In this document: positions 38,862 to 51,745 of the stretch, one piece after another
Layout of the letters: each line of letters starts with the position of its first letter
Position numbering within the stretch: position 1 is the stretch's first letter
Origin: Takakia lepidozioides
Lineage: Eukaryota; Plantae; Bryophyta
Direction: 5' to 3'
DNA: 64,000 nt
NCBI GenBank assembly: GCA_030704615.1
Contig: CM060734.1
Coordinates: 53,320,001-53,384,000 of the forward strand
Program-made: the position numbers and the translations under genes
Notes under the pieces: model-generated
What the model saw: the letters and a program-made list of their open reading frames with translations, nothing else
Database searches by the model: none
What the model was told of the DNA's origin: nothing

Positions 38862-38938
38862 AACTTTTATCTGTTGAGCATCAGCCCTTCCACTTGGCAC
38901 TGCCGGATCACTAAGGCTGACTTTTGTCCCTGCTCGAC
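38862..38938 (-). pseudogene. rrn23: Organellar, most likely plastid, 23S rRNA fragment (NUPT), ~80 bp
   Basis: AACTTTTATCTGTTGAGCATCAGCCCTTCCACTTGGCACTGCCGGATCACTAAGGCTGACTTTTGTCCCTGCTCGAC matches, from memory, the reverse complement of 23S rRNA domain V. Most differences are C>T at CG sites. Confidence 0.8.
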
Positions 38939-39709
38939 CTACAAGATGAAGAGAGGTAACAAAGCAAGCTCCAAATAAAGATAGAAGGATGCCACTTCTA
39001 GACTTAAGTGGAAGAACGAGTTGCATATAACAATAAAAGATTTAATAGTTTATCTTTATATTTTAATCTTTTTTTAAGTTATTTTTAGTATTCATCTTTT
39101 TAGTCATAACCTAAACTTATTAGAATCATTAAAAGTTATATTACTGTACGAATTAAATCAACACATATTTATTATTAAAAAAATATTTATTCAAAATTTA
39201 ACTTTTATACAACCAGTCACTTGTAACTACACAATGCTCTTAACAATCAAGTATGTTATATATATATATATATATATATTCAAAGATCTATCACACAACA
39301 TTCAGTCTCACTTTCATTTTCTAAACATCTAAAGATCGGACATGTAACAATCTGATTCTAAGTATTTCAATTTATTTTTTCTTTCTACTGTAATTAATTA
39401 AGAGAGTCGGACTATAGGCAACATTGTCAAAAACTGCGGAAGATGTACAGAAAAGTTGGAAGAGGCTAAGTGAAATCATGAGAGACTTGAAAACTCTAAA
39501 AGAAAAGAATATTTCCTAAGGGAAATAGAAAAAATATAAACTACTATAATAAATGTATATTTATGAATCACATATACTATTTACTGGTATGTACCGTCAA
39601 AATTGGTACGTTGTCATCATTTATTATAATTAAAACAAAACATGACAACCTTTTTTGGAAATAAACCTTTACGTGTTAATACCTATGTTTTTAAAAAAAA
39701 TAGTCAAAT

Positions 39710-40455
39710 ATATATTATTATTTATAATTGCCCTAAGGACTCTTTAGGATTGCCCTAAGGAGTCCTAAAGGGGGGGAATGGAAATACTTAAATTATTATT
39801 TATAATTGCCCGTAGGACTCCTTAAGACGGCCCTAAAGAGTCCTAAAGACGGGAGAAATGAAAACATATATATTATTATTTATAATTACCCTTAGGACTT
39901 CTTAAGACAGTCCTAAAGAGTCCTTTGAGGAAAAAAATGGAATGACATAAATATTTGCCCCCTAAGACCCATTTAGGCAGTCCAAGGGGTTATAAGAGAG
40001 AGACATTGAAAAAATATAAATTATTATCTATAATTGCCCTTAGTAAGAGCAGGAAAATTGAAAGATGTAAATTATTATTTATAATTGCCCTTGGGACTCC
40101 TTAGGGCGACCCTAAGAGTCCTAAGAGGGGAAAAATATAAATTATAAATTATAAGAAAATAAAAACATATACATTATTATTTATAATTACCCTTAGGACT
40201 TCATAGGATACTCCTAATGAGTCCTAAGAGGAAAAATGAAAAGACATAAATAATTGCCATTAAGACCCGTTTAGGCAACCTAAGGAGTTATAAGAGGGAA
40301 AAATGGAACATATAAAATATAATTCATAATTGCCCTTAGGACTCCTTAAGAGTGCCCTAAGGAGTCCTAAGAAGGGAAAATGGAAATATATAAATTGTTT
40401 TTTTTTTAATTGCTCTTAGGACTCTTTAGGGCGGCCCTAAGAAGTCCTAAGGGAA
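39710..40455. repeat. Tandem array of ~60-80 bp units, each with the hairpin CTTAGGACTCCTTA...TAAGGAGTCCTAAG; flanked by ~160-200 bp direct repeats (39541-39700 and 40475-40680)
   Basis: About 9-10 recurrences of ATTATTATTTATAATTGCCCTTAGGAC. Confidence 0.85.
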
Positions 40456-40779
40456 TATATATATATATATATATATACTATAATAAATGTATCAACTTTG
40501 ATCATTACCTTTAAGAATCATGTATACTATTTATTGGTACGTACCGACAAAATTTATAGGTGACACCATTTATTACAAATTAAACAAGATTTTGTCCTCG
40601 ATAGACGTTCATACAACTATTTGTAATGCACCGACATCCATTTTTAAATAAACCTTCATGATTATTACCTATTCAAAAAGTGTGTGGGATAAGGTTAATA
40701 AATAGCAACTTTTCATTCTGTTTTCATCCAATTATTTTATTTTTCATTCAATCTTTTTAGACTGTACCTCATTTTTCCC

Positions 40780-42320
40780 CCTATAAGTATAGAAAACGAG
40801 GATCATTTTCTTCTCTTTTTTCTGCAAGTTGTTTGCAGACAATAGAACTCTCTCTCAGTTTTGCTCTTTTACCTTTGTTTCTGTGTTTCTTCTTTGTTTA
40901 TGTTTATCTGTTCTTTCGGTTCTTTGGCAAGGTTTTTTAGTTCTTCTCAGAAGATTCATTTGTCTTTGTTCTTCACTTTTGGTTCTCTGTTTATGTTTAT
41001 TTCTAATCTCTATTCTTTGTCTTTCTGTGTGAGTTTTTTGATAGAATAGAATTTTATTTTTATTTTTTTCTCTTTCATTCTGTTGTTTTTTTTTTTCTTC
41101 AAAAACTCTATAAGTATGCAGAACGAGGATCATTTCCTTCACTTTCTTCTGCAAGCAAGCTTTTTGTATAGAATAGAATTATCTCTCAGTTCTGCTCCTT
41201 TGCCATCGTTTATGTTTCTTCTTTGCTTCTGTTGTTTGTTTATGTTTCTTTGTTCTTTCGGTTCTGTGGCAAAATACGACTGTCTCTTAGTACTTCTCAA
41301 CAGCCTACATTTATTTTTTTCTTTCACTTTCTGTTCTTTGTTTATGTTTCTTTCTGGTCTCTGTTCTTTATATTTCTGTGTGAATTGTTCAGCGGAATAG
41401 AACTTTCTATTCGTTCTTTCTCATTCGGGTCATGTGTTATTTTTACTTACTACACAATTATTTATTCATATCACTTTATATTTTATCATTATATTTTGTA
41501 ACTGATAATGATTGATTTATGAAAATGGATGGAATGATAATTGACTGGTTGATGGATAGAATGATAGTTTGATTTATGTAGCGACGTCGTTAGGTTATAT
41601 CTATATTTTAAAATACACTTATTTATATTATGTATATCATTCTGATTATAATTAAATATTTACAATCTCTAAGTTGTATATATTATATTGATATCATGCT
41701 TGAATATCATATATAATATAGATTATGATGTAACATTCAAGTGGCATAATCACAGTGTAATGAATGATGATTTCTTGGAAATATAAGATAGTGTTTTTGA
41801 TAGTTATCTGATAGTGTGTCTGATATGTTAGAAGAAAACAAAACGAAACGAAACGAAAGAGAAAAAACGAAGAGAAAGAAAGAAGGGAAAGTTCTATTCC
41901 ACTTAGCAACTTACACAGAAATACAAAGAACAGAGATAAAAAAGAACCATAAACAAAGACAGAAAGTGAAAGAAAAAAACAAATGAAGTCTATTCAGAAG
42001 AACTAGGAGGCAGTTCTATTTTGCCACAGAACCGAAAGAACAAAGAAACATAAACAAACAAAATGAAGAGGAAAGAAACAAAACGATAGAGAAAGAAAGA
42101 ATGAAAAGTTCTATTTTGCATTACAATTTACACAAAAATACAAAGAATAGAGACTGGAAAAAAACATAAACAAAGAACAGAAAGCAAAAGGAAAAAAACA
42201 AATGAAGGCTACTCAGAATTAGAACTAGGAGACAGTTTGTTTTCTTTCCTCTTTGTTTGTGTTTCTTCTTTGCTTTTGTTGTTTGTTTATGTTGCTTTGT
42301 TCTTTCAGTTCTGTGGTAAA
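40780..42320. repeat. Foldback-type degenerate T-rich / A-rich inverted repeat arms
   Basis: For example, 41235-41300 TTTGTTTATGTTTCTTTGTTCTTTCGGTTCTGTGGCAAAATA has its reverse complement at ~42017-42060. Confidence 0.75.
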
Positions 42321-42647
42321 TTTAAAATCTATATTATTTATATAAATAAACATACTAAAATATTTATTTAAAAGAACTAAAATTATAATGTATTTATTTA
42401 AAATAATGATGTATATTATATATATTATCAATTTATGTCATGCTTTCAATGTCAGATTCATCATTCCAATTTAAATCTAATCAATCAAGTATAAATATAA
42501 ATCAATATATAATCTATAATGTATAACTAGGGTAGCTTGCGCCGTTGGCCGAAGTGTCCAATGTCATCTAAGTCCAAGTGCATCAAGAGCGGCTTAGAGC
42601 GGCTCTAAGGGATCCTTATAGCGAATGTAAATAGCAATTTGTTTCTT

Positions 42648-43731
42648 TTTAGGATGCCAGTGCCAAGTTTTTGTTTCTCGGCAAGACAGAAGGCCACGTC
42701 GACAAGTTCTGGCTAAACCCTAATATATTTTAGCCAAAAAATCACATTATTTTTAGCCAAATAACTATATTGTTAATAGTTGAATTATTGAAGAGTTAAA
42801 TCTCAAAGGGTGCCATATGGCCTCAAGAGTCAACCATTTATTTTCTTACTCTAACTAATACTTAGATCGAATGTAAATAGCAAATTAGTTTTTTCTGTTT
42901 TACCACTCTAAAACACCGCGGCTCTAAAGGATTCTTAAACCAACAGTCAATAGCTCAGTTGATAAAGTGCACTGAGTGCCATCCGGATGACCCTGGGTCA
43001 AATCCTGCTACTTGACGGGTGTTGCGCGGTGTCGCATCTCCTTACGGCGAGGTTACTGAGAGGTTATTTTCTCCTCTCTCTATCGATTTGTGAGCTGTCG
43101 CTCCCAGGTGTTTCCCTTTAAAAAAAAATAAAAAAAATAAAAAAATCTTAGAGCGAATATAAATAGCAATTTAGCTTTTTCTGTTTTCCCGCTGTTAGAG
43201 CGGCGTAGAGCGGCTCTATTAATCCTTAGAACGAATGTAAATAGCAATTTAGCTTGTTCTATTTTCCCAATCTAACAAATCCTCACATTGGCTCTAAGGA
43301 TATTAAGGGATCGTTAGAATAAATGTAAAAAATATGTTAAGGTTTATCTTCTTCGTCATGGTTGACCGATTTGTTTTCCCGCTCTATGAAATCCTTAGAG
43401 CGGCTTAGAACGCTATAAGGGATCCTTACAACAAACGTAAATAAAAATTTAGTTTTTTATTATTCCAATTTAAGAGATCCTTACATTGGCTCTAAGGGAT
43501 CATTAGAATAAATGTAAAAAATATGTTAGGGTTTTTCTTCTTGGTCATGGTTGACTCTTGAAGCCATATGGCACCCTTTGAGATTTAACTCTTCAATAAT
43601 TTAACTATTAACAATATATTTTTTTGGCTAAAAATAATGTGATTTTTTGGCTAAAATATATTAGGGTTTAGCCAGAACTTGTCGACGTGGCCTTCTGTCA
43701 ACAAAAACGTGGCACTAGCTGGCATCCTAAA
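42648..43731. mobile_element. Non-autonomous long-TIR element (MULE/foldback MITE-like) with ~185-bp TIRs
   Basis: 42651-42836 is the reverse complement of ~43548-43729. Internal ~70-bp tandem units (GCGGCTCTAAGGGATCCTTAGAGCGAATGTAAATAGCAATT). No clear TSD. Confidence 0.75.
42938..43145 (+). mobile_element. tRNA-derived SINE with A-rich tail
   Basis: Box A TAGCTCAGTTG (42951), box B GGGTCAAATCC (42995), body, then A-rich tail. It interrupts a host repeat unit with TCTTA on both sides. A second copy is at 16325-16440. Confidence 0.82.
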
Positions 43732-43799
43732 GACATGCTGCACAAATCATGAACTGACACTTCAACCGCTGCAGCCATTCAAGGTCTCAAACTTCCACG

Positions 43800-44700
43800 A
43801 TCATTGCCATCCCCTCATAGCATCAAAGCGTCCCTGTATGCTGACGACACTGTGATAACTCGTCTGCTTCCAATGTTTCTGCCTCCCTGCAGGCTCTCTG
43901 GACTCGTTTTGTCATGCATCGAGGCTCAAGGTGAATTGGTCTAAGTCTGTTGCTATTCTTTCTAAGCTGTTTCCGCAGGCCTCTGTTTCGCACATTGCTC
44001 CCTGGGATCACGAGCTAGGTCTTCGTTGGCTTCAACAAGGGCAAGCTCATAATCTTCTTGGTCATCTGTTGGGTCACGATCTGACAGACCAACAGCGCTG
44101 TGAGGCGGTCATTTAACAGGAAGCTGAGCTACTGGAGCTCTCTCAATCTGTCCATCGCGGGAAGGGCTCTCATTGTCAATCAGGTGCTCTTGGCTTCCGT
44201 CTGGTTTACTGCCTCTGTCCGGTTCCCGGGTTCTGTCATTATTAGTCAGATCAAATCTTTGGTGAGGAGCTTTCTTTGGGGAGCCACCCCAACTTCCCCT
44301 TCCCGGAGGGCTCTTGTGAGCTGGTCCCATATTACCCAAAAAAGAAATTTTGTGGTTTGGGTATCATAGATCCGTTCGCGCACATTATCTCCCTGGCCAA
44401 ATTGGTTCCCAGGATGCTTACGCATCTTTCTTCTCCTTGGAGCTTAATGGTTAGAAGTCACGTCCTCAACGCATGCCCTATGTCTAGTCCGTGGCCACAA
44501 TCTATAAGATGGATAGTCCAGGGTGCCAGGACATGATCTAGAGCCAAATCCCTTGGCTCCAAGGCCTGGCAAAGAGCAGCCCTGCTTCCCACAAGCTCCC
44601 TGCAGTGTCTTTCTTGGGTTACTATTTTTTGAAAAAGTCAGACTATGGCACTGGCGTGTAAGGGTACCTAATCTCTGAGTAGTTAAAGCTGGGTTAGGGT
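43800..44700 (+). mobile_element. Degraded L1-clade retrotransposon RT fragment
   Basis: LYADDT, GLKVNWSKS, LSIAGRALIVNQVL, RSFLWG and GLGIIDP read across frameshifts. Confidence 0.85.
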
Positions 44701-45123
44701 AAGAGCAACCTTGTTTTATGATCACAAGGGAAGGTTGCTCTACAGGGGAACCGACTAGCCCAGACAGATCTCCAGCTTACAATAGCAATGGAAGAAGGAG
44801 CATAGTTCACTTCCTGGTCTATGCATATTCAACCACTCCTAAGCCTCGATCCATCAATTCACTAGGCAGAGGGGTGGGTGCAGTCAATGCAGGATCGAAC
44901 AAGGCAGCAGCCAGAATTGTAGCCAATGCAGCCAGAGAGACACGTGACGTCAACAGATTGGATTGATGTCTTCTTTCTCGTGTCCCACTTGTCCTCTGGA
45001 ACTAGTCTCTTTTGCTTACTTTCCATGGGGTCTCGAGCTGTATTCTTTCAGAGCTGCCTCTGTTGCATTGGCTTGGGGAATCACGAAGCAGCTCCAACGC
45101 AGGGGTGTTTTTGAGTGTGACAG

Positions 45124-48100
45124 AATGAAATACTACAATAACTGCTTATTCCACTCAGTGCAGAAGGACTTCATTGTACAAACTGGGGACCCTACTGGCA
45201 CAGGTGTAGGTGGAGACTCCACCTACAAGTAAGACACCGTCACTTGCCTTATACCGTTGAAACATAAGTGTTATTTCAGTAAGGTCAGCACACTTATTTG
45301 TACACTTGATTCTGTAAACCCCAAATGCAAAATGCAGTCAGACTGCTACGACTTGTGTGCGACTATGTGTCACAGAAACTGAATTGCAGGTGCTGTCTGC
45401 CCAGCTTGAAGACCTGTGGGCCTTGATTGGATGGGCCTGGTTATTTTGCACATTGTCACAACCAAAATTTTCTGATAGTGTGCTTTTCTGACTGACCCAT
45501 AAGTGTTGCGTCCTATAGGTCAACAAACGAATATGCACTTCATTTATGCATATGTGGGGTGCCTGGCTTGCTTCTGTAGACCCTGTTCTTTGTAGGTCTG
45601 CCTTTGAAGTTCAATATGTGAGGTGTGCACAATTAAGCCGGCATACAAGATGCAGCAACATAGGCTGTTATGACTTGTGTGCGACTATGTGTCACACAAA
45701 TCAAATTTGCAGGTGCTGTCTGCTCGCCCTGAAGGCCTGTGGGCCATGATGGGAATGGGCCTGGTTATTCTGCACATCATTCCCTTCAAATTGTCAGTTA
45801 GTAAACTGTTCTATTCTTCTTTCTGAGTTGGTGTGGGCTGGTTCATCCTGGCTTTTCATGGCAACATGTATCACAGTTTGAGAGTTCAGTTTTGATGAGA
45901 TGTTGTAAGGCTGTGTTAATGTGTGCATGCAGATTTCTGTATGGGGAGCAGGCAAGGTTTTTCGAAAATGAGCTGCATCCAAAACTCAAGCATGACAAAG
46001 TGGGCATTGTTGCCATGGCCAGTGCTGGTGAAAATGTGAATGCATCCCAGGTACAACATCTCTCCCTCGCTCGGGGGAAAGGTACAAACACCTCTTACTT
46101 ATAAGCTAACAACCTTTGATCACTACTTTGCTGGCCAAGAGTTTCTTGAGGGGCTTAATTCTTCTCTTCCCTACCTTGGCCTTTCTTAGACAGTGCGATT
46201 TGGCAGTGTTATACTTCTGTTGGACTTGGGCGCTAGAGCAGCAGACCCCAAATCAACATTGTATTTATAGTGTAAATAATTACAACCCACTGTAGCAAGG
46301 CATTCAATTGCCTTAACCAGATTGTCGGTGGTTGTGCTCAACAGTGATGGTATTTTGGGTGATGTTCCCTTAAAAACCAGACAAGCAGTGGGTATATCAT
46401 ACCAGATGTTGGCATGCAATGGTCAATGTCTACAATGATTACGTTTTCTTTACCCTGTTTCTCCATTTGTGTTTGATGTTGTCTTGTCCTCACTGGTTGT
46501 GTTGCAGTTTTATATCACCACAAGAGCTGAACTTGACTACCTCGATGGAAAACATACGGTCAGTGTGTTGTTCCTTCTATCATCCTTTGGTGAGATGTAT
46601 TAGTGCTGAGCAGTTATTCTTTCTAGAGCAGGACTGCTTTCCTCCTTGCCAGGTAGTATGCTGACTGGGAAGTTGCAGGTGTTTGGAGAGGTAGCAGAGG
46701 GCTTGGAGACACTAATGAGGATAAATGAGGCTTTTGTGGATGAAAAATTTCGGCCATACAAAAATATTCGGTAAGTTCCTTTCAAATGGCCACTGAAATA
46801 TTAGGCTATCTGCTTTGTATTGACTTCTTAGGTTTATGTTTTGTGTAGTAACCAACCACTTCCACTTCTTTGATGTATAAATTGTACTCATAAGACGTTG
46901 TTTGCCGTAGCCTTGTGGCCATTGACCCCGCGCCCAGTTTGAGCGGGAACAAAAGGGACAGAACCTACCTCTGTCAGGGGCTGACGTTGGTAGTGTGACT
47001 TACCATCATATATAGAATTAATCCGGGTTTTCCAGATATCCTCTAGAAATCCCTTCACACAAGCATCAATCTGCTGTGTGTGGTTTGCATGAAGGGAGAG
47101 AGAGATTGTACTCATAAGACGTTGTTTGCCGTAGCCTTGTGGCCATTGACCCCGCGCCCAGTTTGAGCGGGAACAAAAGGGACAGAACCTACCTCTGTCA
47201 GGGGCTGACGTTGGTAGTAAGACTTACCTCCATATATAGAATCAATCCGGGTTTTCCAGATATCCTCTAGAAATCCCTTCACACAAGCATCAATCTGCTG
47301 TGTGTGATTTGCCCAAAAACTAGGCCTCAGGAGGGCCTGGGCTTTTGGCTCAGCCTCGAGACTTTCAAAGTTGGTAAACAGGGGTACAGGCACAATACCC
47401 TTAATAGATTTGAAGAGAGCGTCTCTTTGGTCAGAGAACCCCGGACAGTGTATCAGAAAATGAATACTGTCTTCAGATTGCCCACACAACGAGCAATTGC
47501 ACTCTCCCTTTCCTCTCTGCTTCTGTTTGCTGTTCAAAGGTAGGCTTCCTGCCCTGAGTTTAAATTTCAGTCTAGTGCCGAGAGTGGGTAGACCCTTGAG
47601 GTCATCCAAGATGTCCTCCCCCATGTCACTGACTGGAAACAAGTTCAGGGAAGTTTTCTGCCTAACTTCATTTTCATCAGACAATCTCATGGCAACAGAC
47701 ATGGCTGAGGACACTACAGCCTCTAAGTCAGATTTATCCAGCAGGGTCAAGACTTGCGGATCCAGGTCCAGGTCCTTGAGGATCTCTTCTACTCTCTTCT
47801 GCCAGGACTTAGCCTGTTTGACAGGGCGGTCCTGTTTCCAAGATATAGAGTCGATTAACTTAGGATATCTGGTGTTGGGCATATGTTGCAGCTGACCCCA
47901 CCATCTGACCTTGAATTCATCTCGTCGGGAGCTTAAGGACGGAATGCCAAACTCACCCCGAACAGCCACATTGGCTGTTTTGGAGCATGCTGACATACAC
48001 TCCTTAAGCACCCCCGCTTGAATGGATTCTAGAGACTTAGCCTGGTTGGAGTTATCAACCCATATAGCAGATCCATACTCCAAGGCAGGTCTAATAACGC

Positions 48101-51100
48101 GACAAAGCATGGTTTTCTTAACCTCAGAGTTGACCCCTCTGCAGTGGAAAAATTTAGTGAGCCCCAGAGCTTTGCCCTTGCCAGTTTGAACAACTTTCCG
48201 GATATGTGCATCCCAATTACAATTGGAGGAGAACTCAACGCCCAGGTAAGTGTAGGAAGGGAGGACCGGGATACCCCACTGCCACTTAAGATCACTTCCT
48301 CCCTCTCCTCTGTCGTTGAATGCTACCACTGCACATTTGCTGACATTAGCCTCTAGCCCCCAAAGATCAAAGTATCTCTTCGCGCAATCAATCAACTCCT
48401 GGAGATTGGTTGGAGTCTCCCCTAGGCCTGCGAAGTCATCCGCAAACATAAGGGCTGGTATGGTGGTATCACCCACCCTTAACCCAAATCCCTCACTTTC
48501 CACATCCTCGAGGAGTTGATTGATGAAAACATTGAAGAGCAGAGGGGAGAGAGTACATCCTTGAGCTACACCTTGGTCTATGTCAAAGAAGTTGGACTTC
48601 TGTCCGTTAAGGGTAGAGAGAGAGAGCTTGTCCCTCTTCTTCCCCTATATGATTGCAGTGTGATCAACCAACTCAACAATGATGGGTGAGGTCTGGAGTA
48701 GAAAGAGAGCAGATGCAAAGATGCATACCATCTCCAAAACCACTGCACGTGACTGGGCCTCCTTCCTCCGCAGCGACTTGTCAAGTCCCTCTGGTTCTAT
48801 TTGTTCATCCATAGGTACCCAATCATCTTCCAATCGAACTTCCTCACCCTGCCATTCATTTGTAAGAATGTCAAACAGGACTAATATGATCTCAATTGTA
48901 TGATATAAACCTCTCTGCTCGAAATCTACCTTGCATAAACAAGAGTAACTTGGTTCAGTTTATCCAGCCCAATAAACCCATAGCAGTAAGTCTCATTGAG
49001 CACTTCCAAGTGAATCCCTTAATTGGAAATGCTATATCCATCACCAAGATGATGCTTTGACCCAAAGTGATACATGGTCCACTGCCTGTCATGACGTCCC
49101 TACCACGTGCAGAATAATACAGAACAAGAATAACCAAAATGAATCAGTCATGGAAGATGTATTTAGCTGGTACTGCTGGTATTAGAAAAGCTTCGACTAA
49201 TAGATGCTACCATATTACATTAGTCATTGAGCCAAAAGAGGTTCTGCAAGGCAAAAGAGTCCCTCTGCTGGTGGTTTCAACGCTGGTGATTGGTCTGGAA
49301 TCATGTCAGCAAGGGAGCATTAGGTCTAGGGTTGTCTAAGATGTTTCTCCAAAATGGATTTGTCTTTGTTTTTGCTCAATACTTGCTCATTGATTGGTAC
49401 TTCCTTCCTCAGATAGCTTTCTTTCAAACGTGATCTGCCTAAAGTTAATTATGGTTTGAGTGTGCAGGAAGGTGAGCTTGAACTCATTTTTGGGCGCTTT
49501 GGCAAGGTTGTTTTGTAAGTGTAACGCAACCTGATTCAACACTTGTGCATTTATAAGAATTTGTGGCTGTTGGTCATAGGAGAGACAGCATCAGTTTGTG
49601 CAAACTCTTGTCTGTTTGCTTGGAGTCTAATGCTGGGTTGCCGCAATTGGTCAGGGCTGCCATCATACGGGACTACAAAACTGGGGATAGCTTATGTTAT
49701 GCTTTCATTGGTAAGTGGTGCACCCATCATATTACAACCGTAATACTCCTTGCCCTGGTGTCTCGCACCTACTTTAGGAGCAGTCAATTTTTTGGCAATC
49801 TCATTGTCAGGGGTTGTTTGTTGGGCTGGTTCACACAGTGCACTGCTTGTCTCTCCTGGATTCTGTATTCCCTATGTCACAAAACTGGGACTCAAAGACT
49901 GTAGCATGTAGCCTGTAGCAAAGCCATGTGACAAGATGCTTGATACAAGTCTCCAGAGTCATCCTGCGTAGGATTATGTGTTCAGCATATACCATCCCAG
50001 TTGAAAGAAAAATACTCTCAGATATCCCTGTATTATGGAGTCCTCTTACTATACCTGGTGGTTGTTACCTTGTGACTGCAGAGTTTGAGGGACAGGAAGT
50101 GTGTAAGGCTGCCTGCTTCAAGGTTTCATGTCCAGCACTCACTCTCTTGGACATAGCTCTAAGATTGGTTACAGAAGATGCACTACTTGGGTAGAAGACT
50201 GCTGCTTTGATGCTAGAACTGCTATAGTCACTCAGGTTATGTTGCAGGCTTGAAAGGTTATACATATTTGCCCATTCCCCACAAAACACCATATGTTTTA
50301 CATGCACATGCTGCTTCATGATCTTGCAGATGGACAATGTGCTGATAGATGATCGGCGCATTCATGTAGACTTCAGCCAGAGTGTGTTGCGCCTGTGGAA
50401 CCGTTATCGTCGGTTTGGCATGAAGGAGGGTGGTGCTGAAGGTCTGTTTCCTGCAGAGCCTGAAGCTGCCTGTGTGTGAATTTTTTGCTGGTATTGTCTT
50501 ATGAATATCTCAGTGACAACATGTTTGAAGAGAGAGGGAGCTTGGTCCAGAAGATTCTGAAAGTTAGGTCTGGTGTGATATGCAGGAGTGAATTTTGCAC
50601 TGGGGCAGAGAAAGGGCAAACGTTGTTTCAAATGTGGAGAGGTTGGTCATTTTGCAAAGGATTGTCCCAATGACAGCAATGATCAGAAATCTGCAGCCCC
50701 TGATCAACTCAAGTACTCTATACGAGACACAGGCGGTCAACGCAGAAGTACAGGCAGGAGGTAATCTAACGTCAATTTTGTTGAAATAATCTGCCAGAGG
50801 TAAAAGGTCTTAATGAATCTCCAATTGGTACTGTATGCATCCTCACGCTGCAGATGAGCTACCGATGCGATGAATGCAGCGATGAATGACTGTAGAGTAT
50901 ATGAGTTCCAGAGTACAGAACTGGGTTCTTTATAGGTGGTGAAATTGTGGCACTGAAAGTGCAATTCTGTTTTGTAGTTACGACATGGTATTTGAAGACG
51001 AGGAGAATGTAGGGGATGGTTCTGGCCGAACAAAGTCAGCAGACAGACAGGTCGTGCACTTCCAGTCAATGTGGCCTTGAGGGGTGATGAAGAAGACAAC

Positions 51101-51650
51101 AGGAAGAGATCACAGAAATATAAAGGAGGGCGTGAAATGCATGAACAAGGGCATCGGTCCTACACGGAGGGACAGGAGATGGGTAGTGAAAGGCTTCGAC
51201 AGGACGGTAGACGTGAGAAGGATAGTGAGACATATCGAGAAAATACAAAACAGCAGAGAGGTTCTGAGAGGGGCAATGAAAGGGAGGAATCTGAACGAAA
51301 TATATGGCATGGGAGAGTGGGGAGGTCTGGGAGAGTGCCTGAAAATGTTGGAGAAAAGGGGGAAACCAAATACTGGGAAAGAGGTGGTAAGATGGAAAGC
51401 GGTAGGCATGAGGGAGAGGGGGCCATGGGGAGAGAGACACTAGGAGTCAGCTTGGATCAAGGCCTGAGAGGGGCGTGATACAGGTAAGAGGATGCGGTCT
51501 GATGAGATAGAGGAGAAGAGGAGTAGCCAAGCTTGAGAAGGATATAGACCTTGAGCAAGGTAGAGGCAGTAGATGGGATAGTCAACAGGAACGAGACAGA
51601 CACTTGGATGAGAGGGTTTTGCCTAGAATGGCAGGCATGAGAGGGATCAG
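45124..51650 (+). pseudogene. CYP59: Cyclophilin-RRM-zinc knuckle CYP59/PPIL4-like gene, rearranged: first exon not found, internal exons inverted or lost, frameshift in the RS-rich tail
   Basis: Plus-strand exons: 45124-45228 ([16 protein letters not shown]), 45933-46050, 46508-46558, 46679-46770, 49468-49514, 49655-49710 (IIRDYKTGDSLCYAFI), 50082-50122, 50330-50441 (MDNVLIDDRRIHVDFSQSV), 50586-50760 (CFKCGEVGHFAKDC) and 50978 onward. Minus-strand exons: 48848-48729 and ~49316-49263. Confidence 0.88.
46881..48610 (-). mobile_element. LINE 3' half (47105-48610) plus a tandem short 3' fragment (46881-47087)
   Basis: 463-aa ORF near-identical to 35629-37048. The larger piece is bounded by (CT)n on both sides. 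Confidence 0.93.
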
Positions 51651-51745
51651 GGGTTCTGCCGTATTTGACCCACCATACAAAATTTGATCGGGAGTGAAGA
51701 GTCTCCTCTTCTTGCATTGAGATTCTCTGTCTTGCAGCTGCTCCC

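Noticed and set aside
39710-40455. CRISPR-like array
   Set aside because: Eukaryotic context, degenerate repeats, linkers similar to one another and no cas genes; it is a tandem repeat.
40829-42431. Phe/Leu-rich and Lys-rich ORFs
   Set aside because: They are translations of low-complexity T-rich and A-rich repeats.
42945-43015. Functional tRNA gene
   Set aside because: Acceptor and anticodon stems pair poorly, and it continues into a repeated body with an A-rich tail, so it is a SINE.
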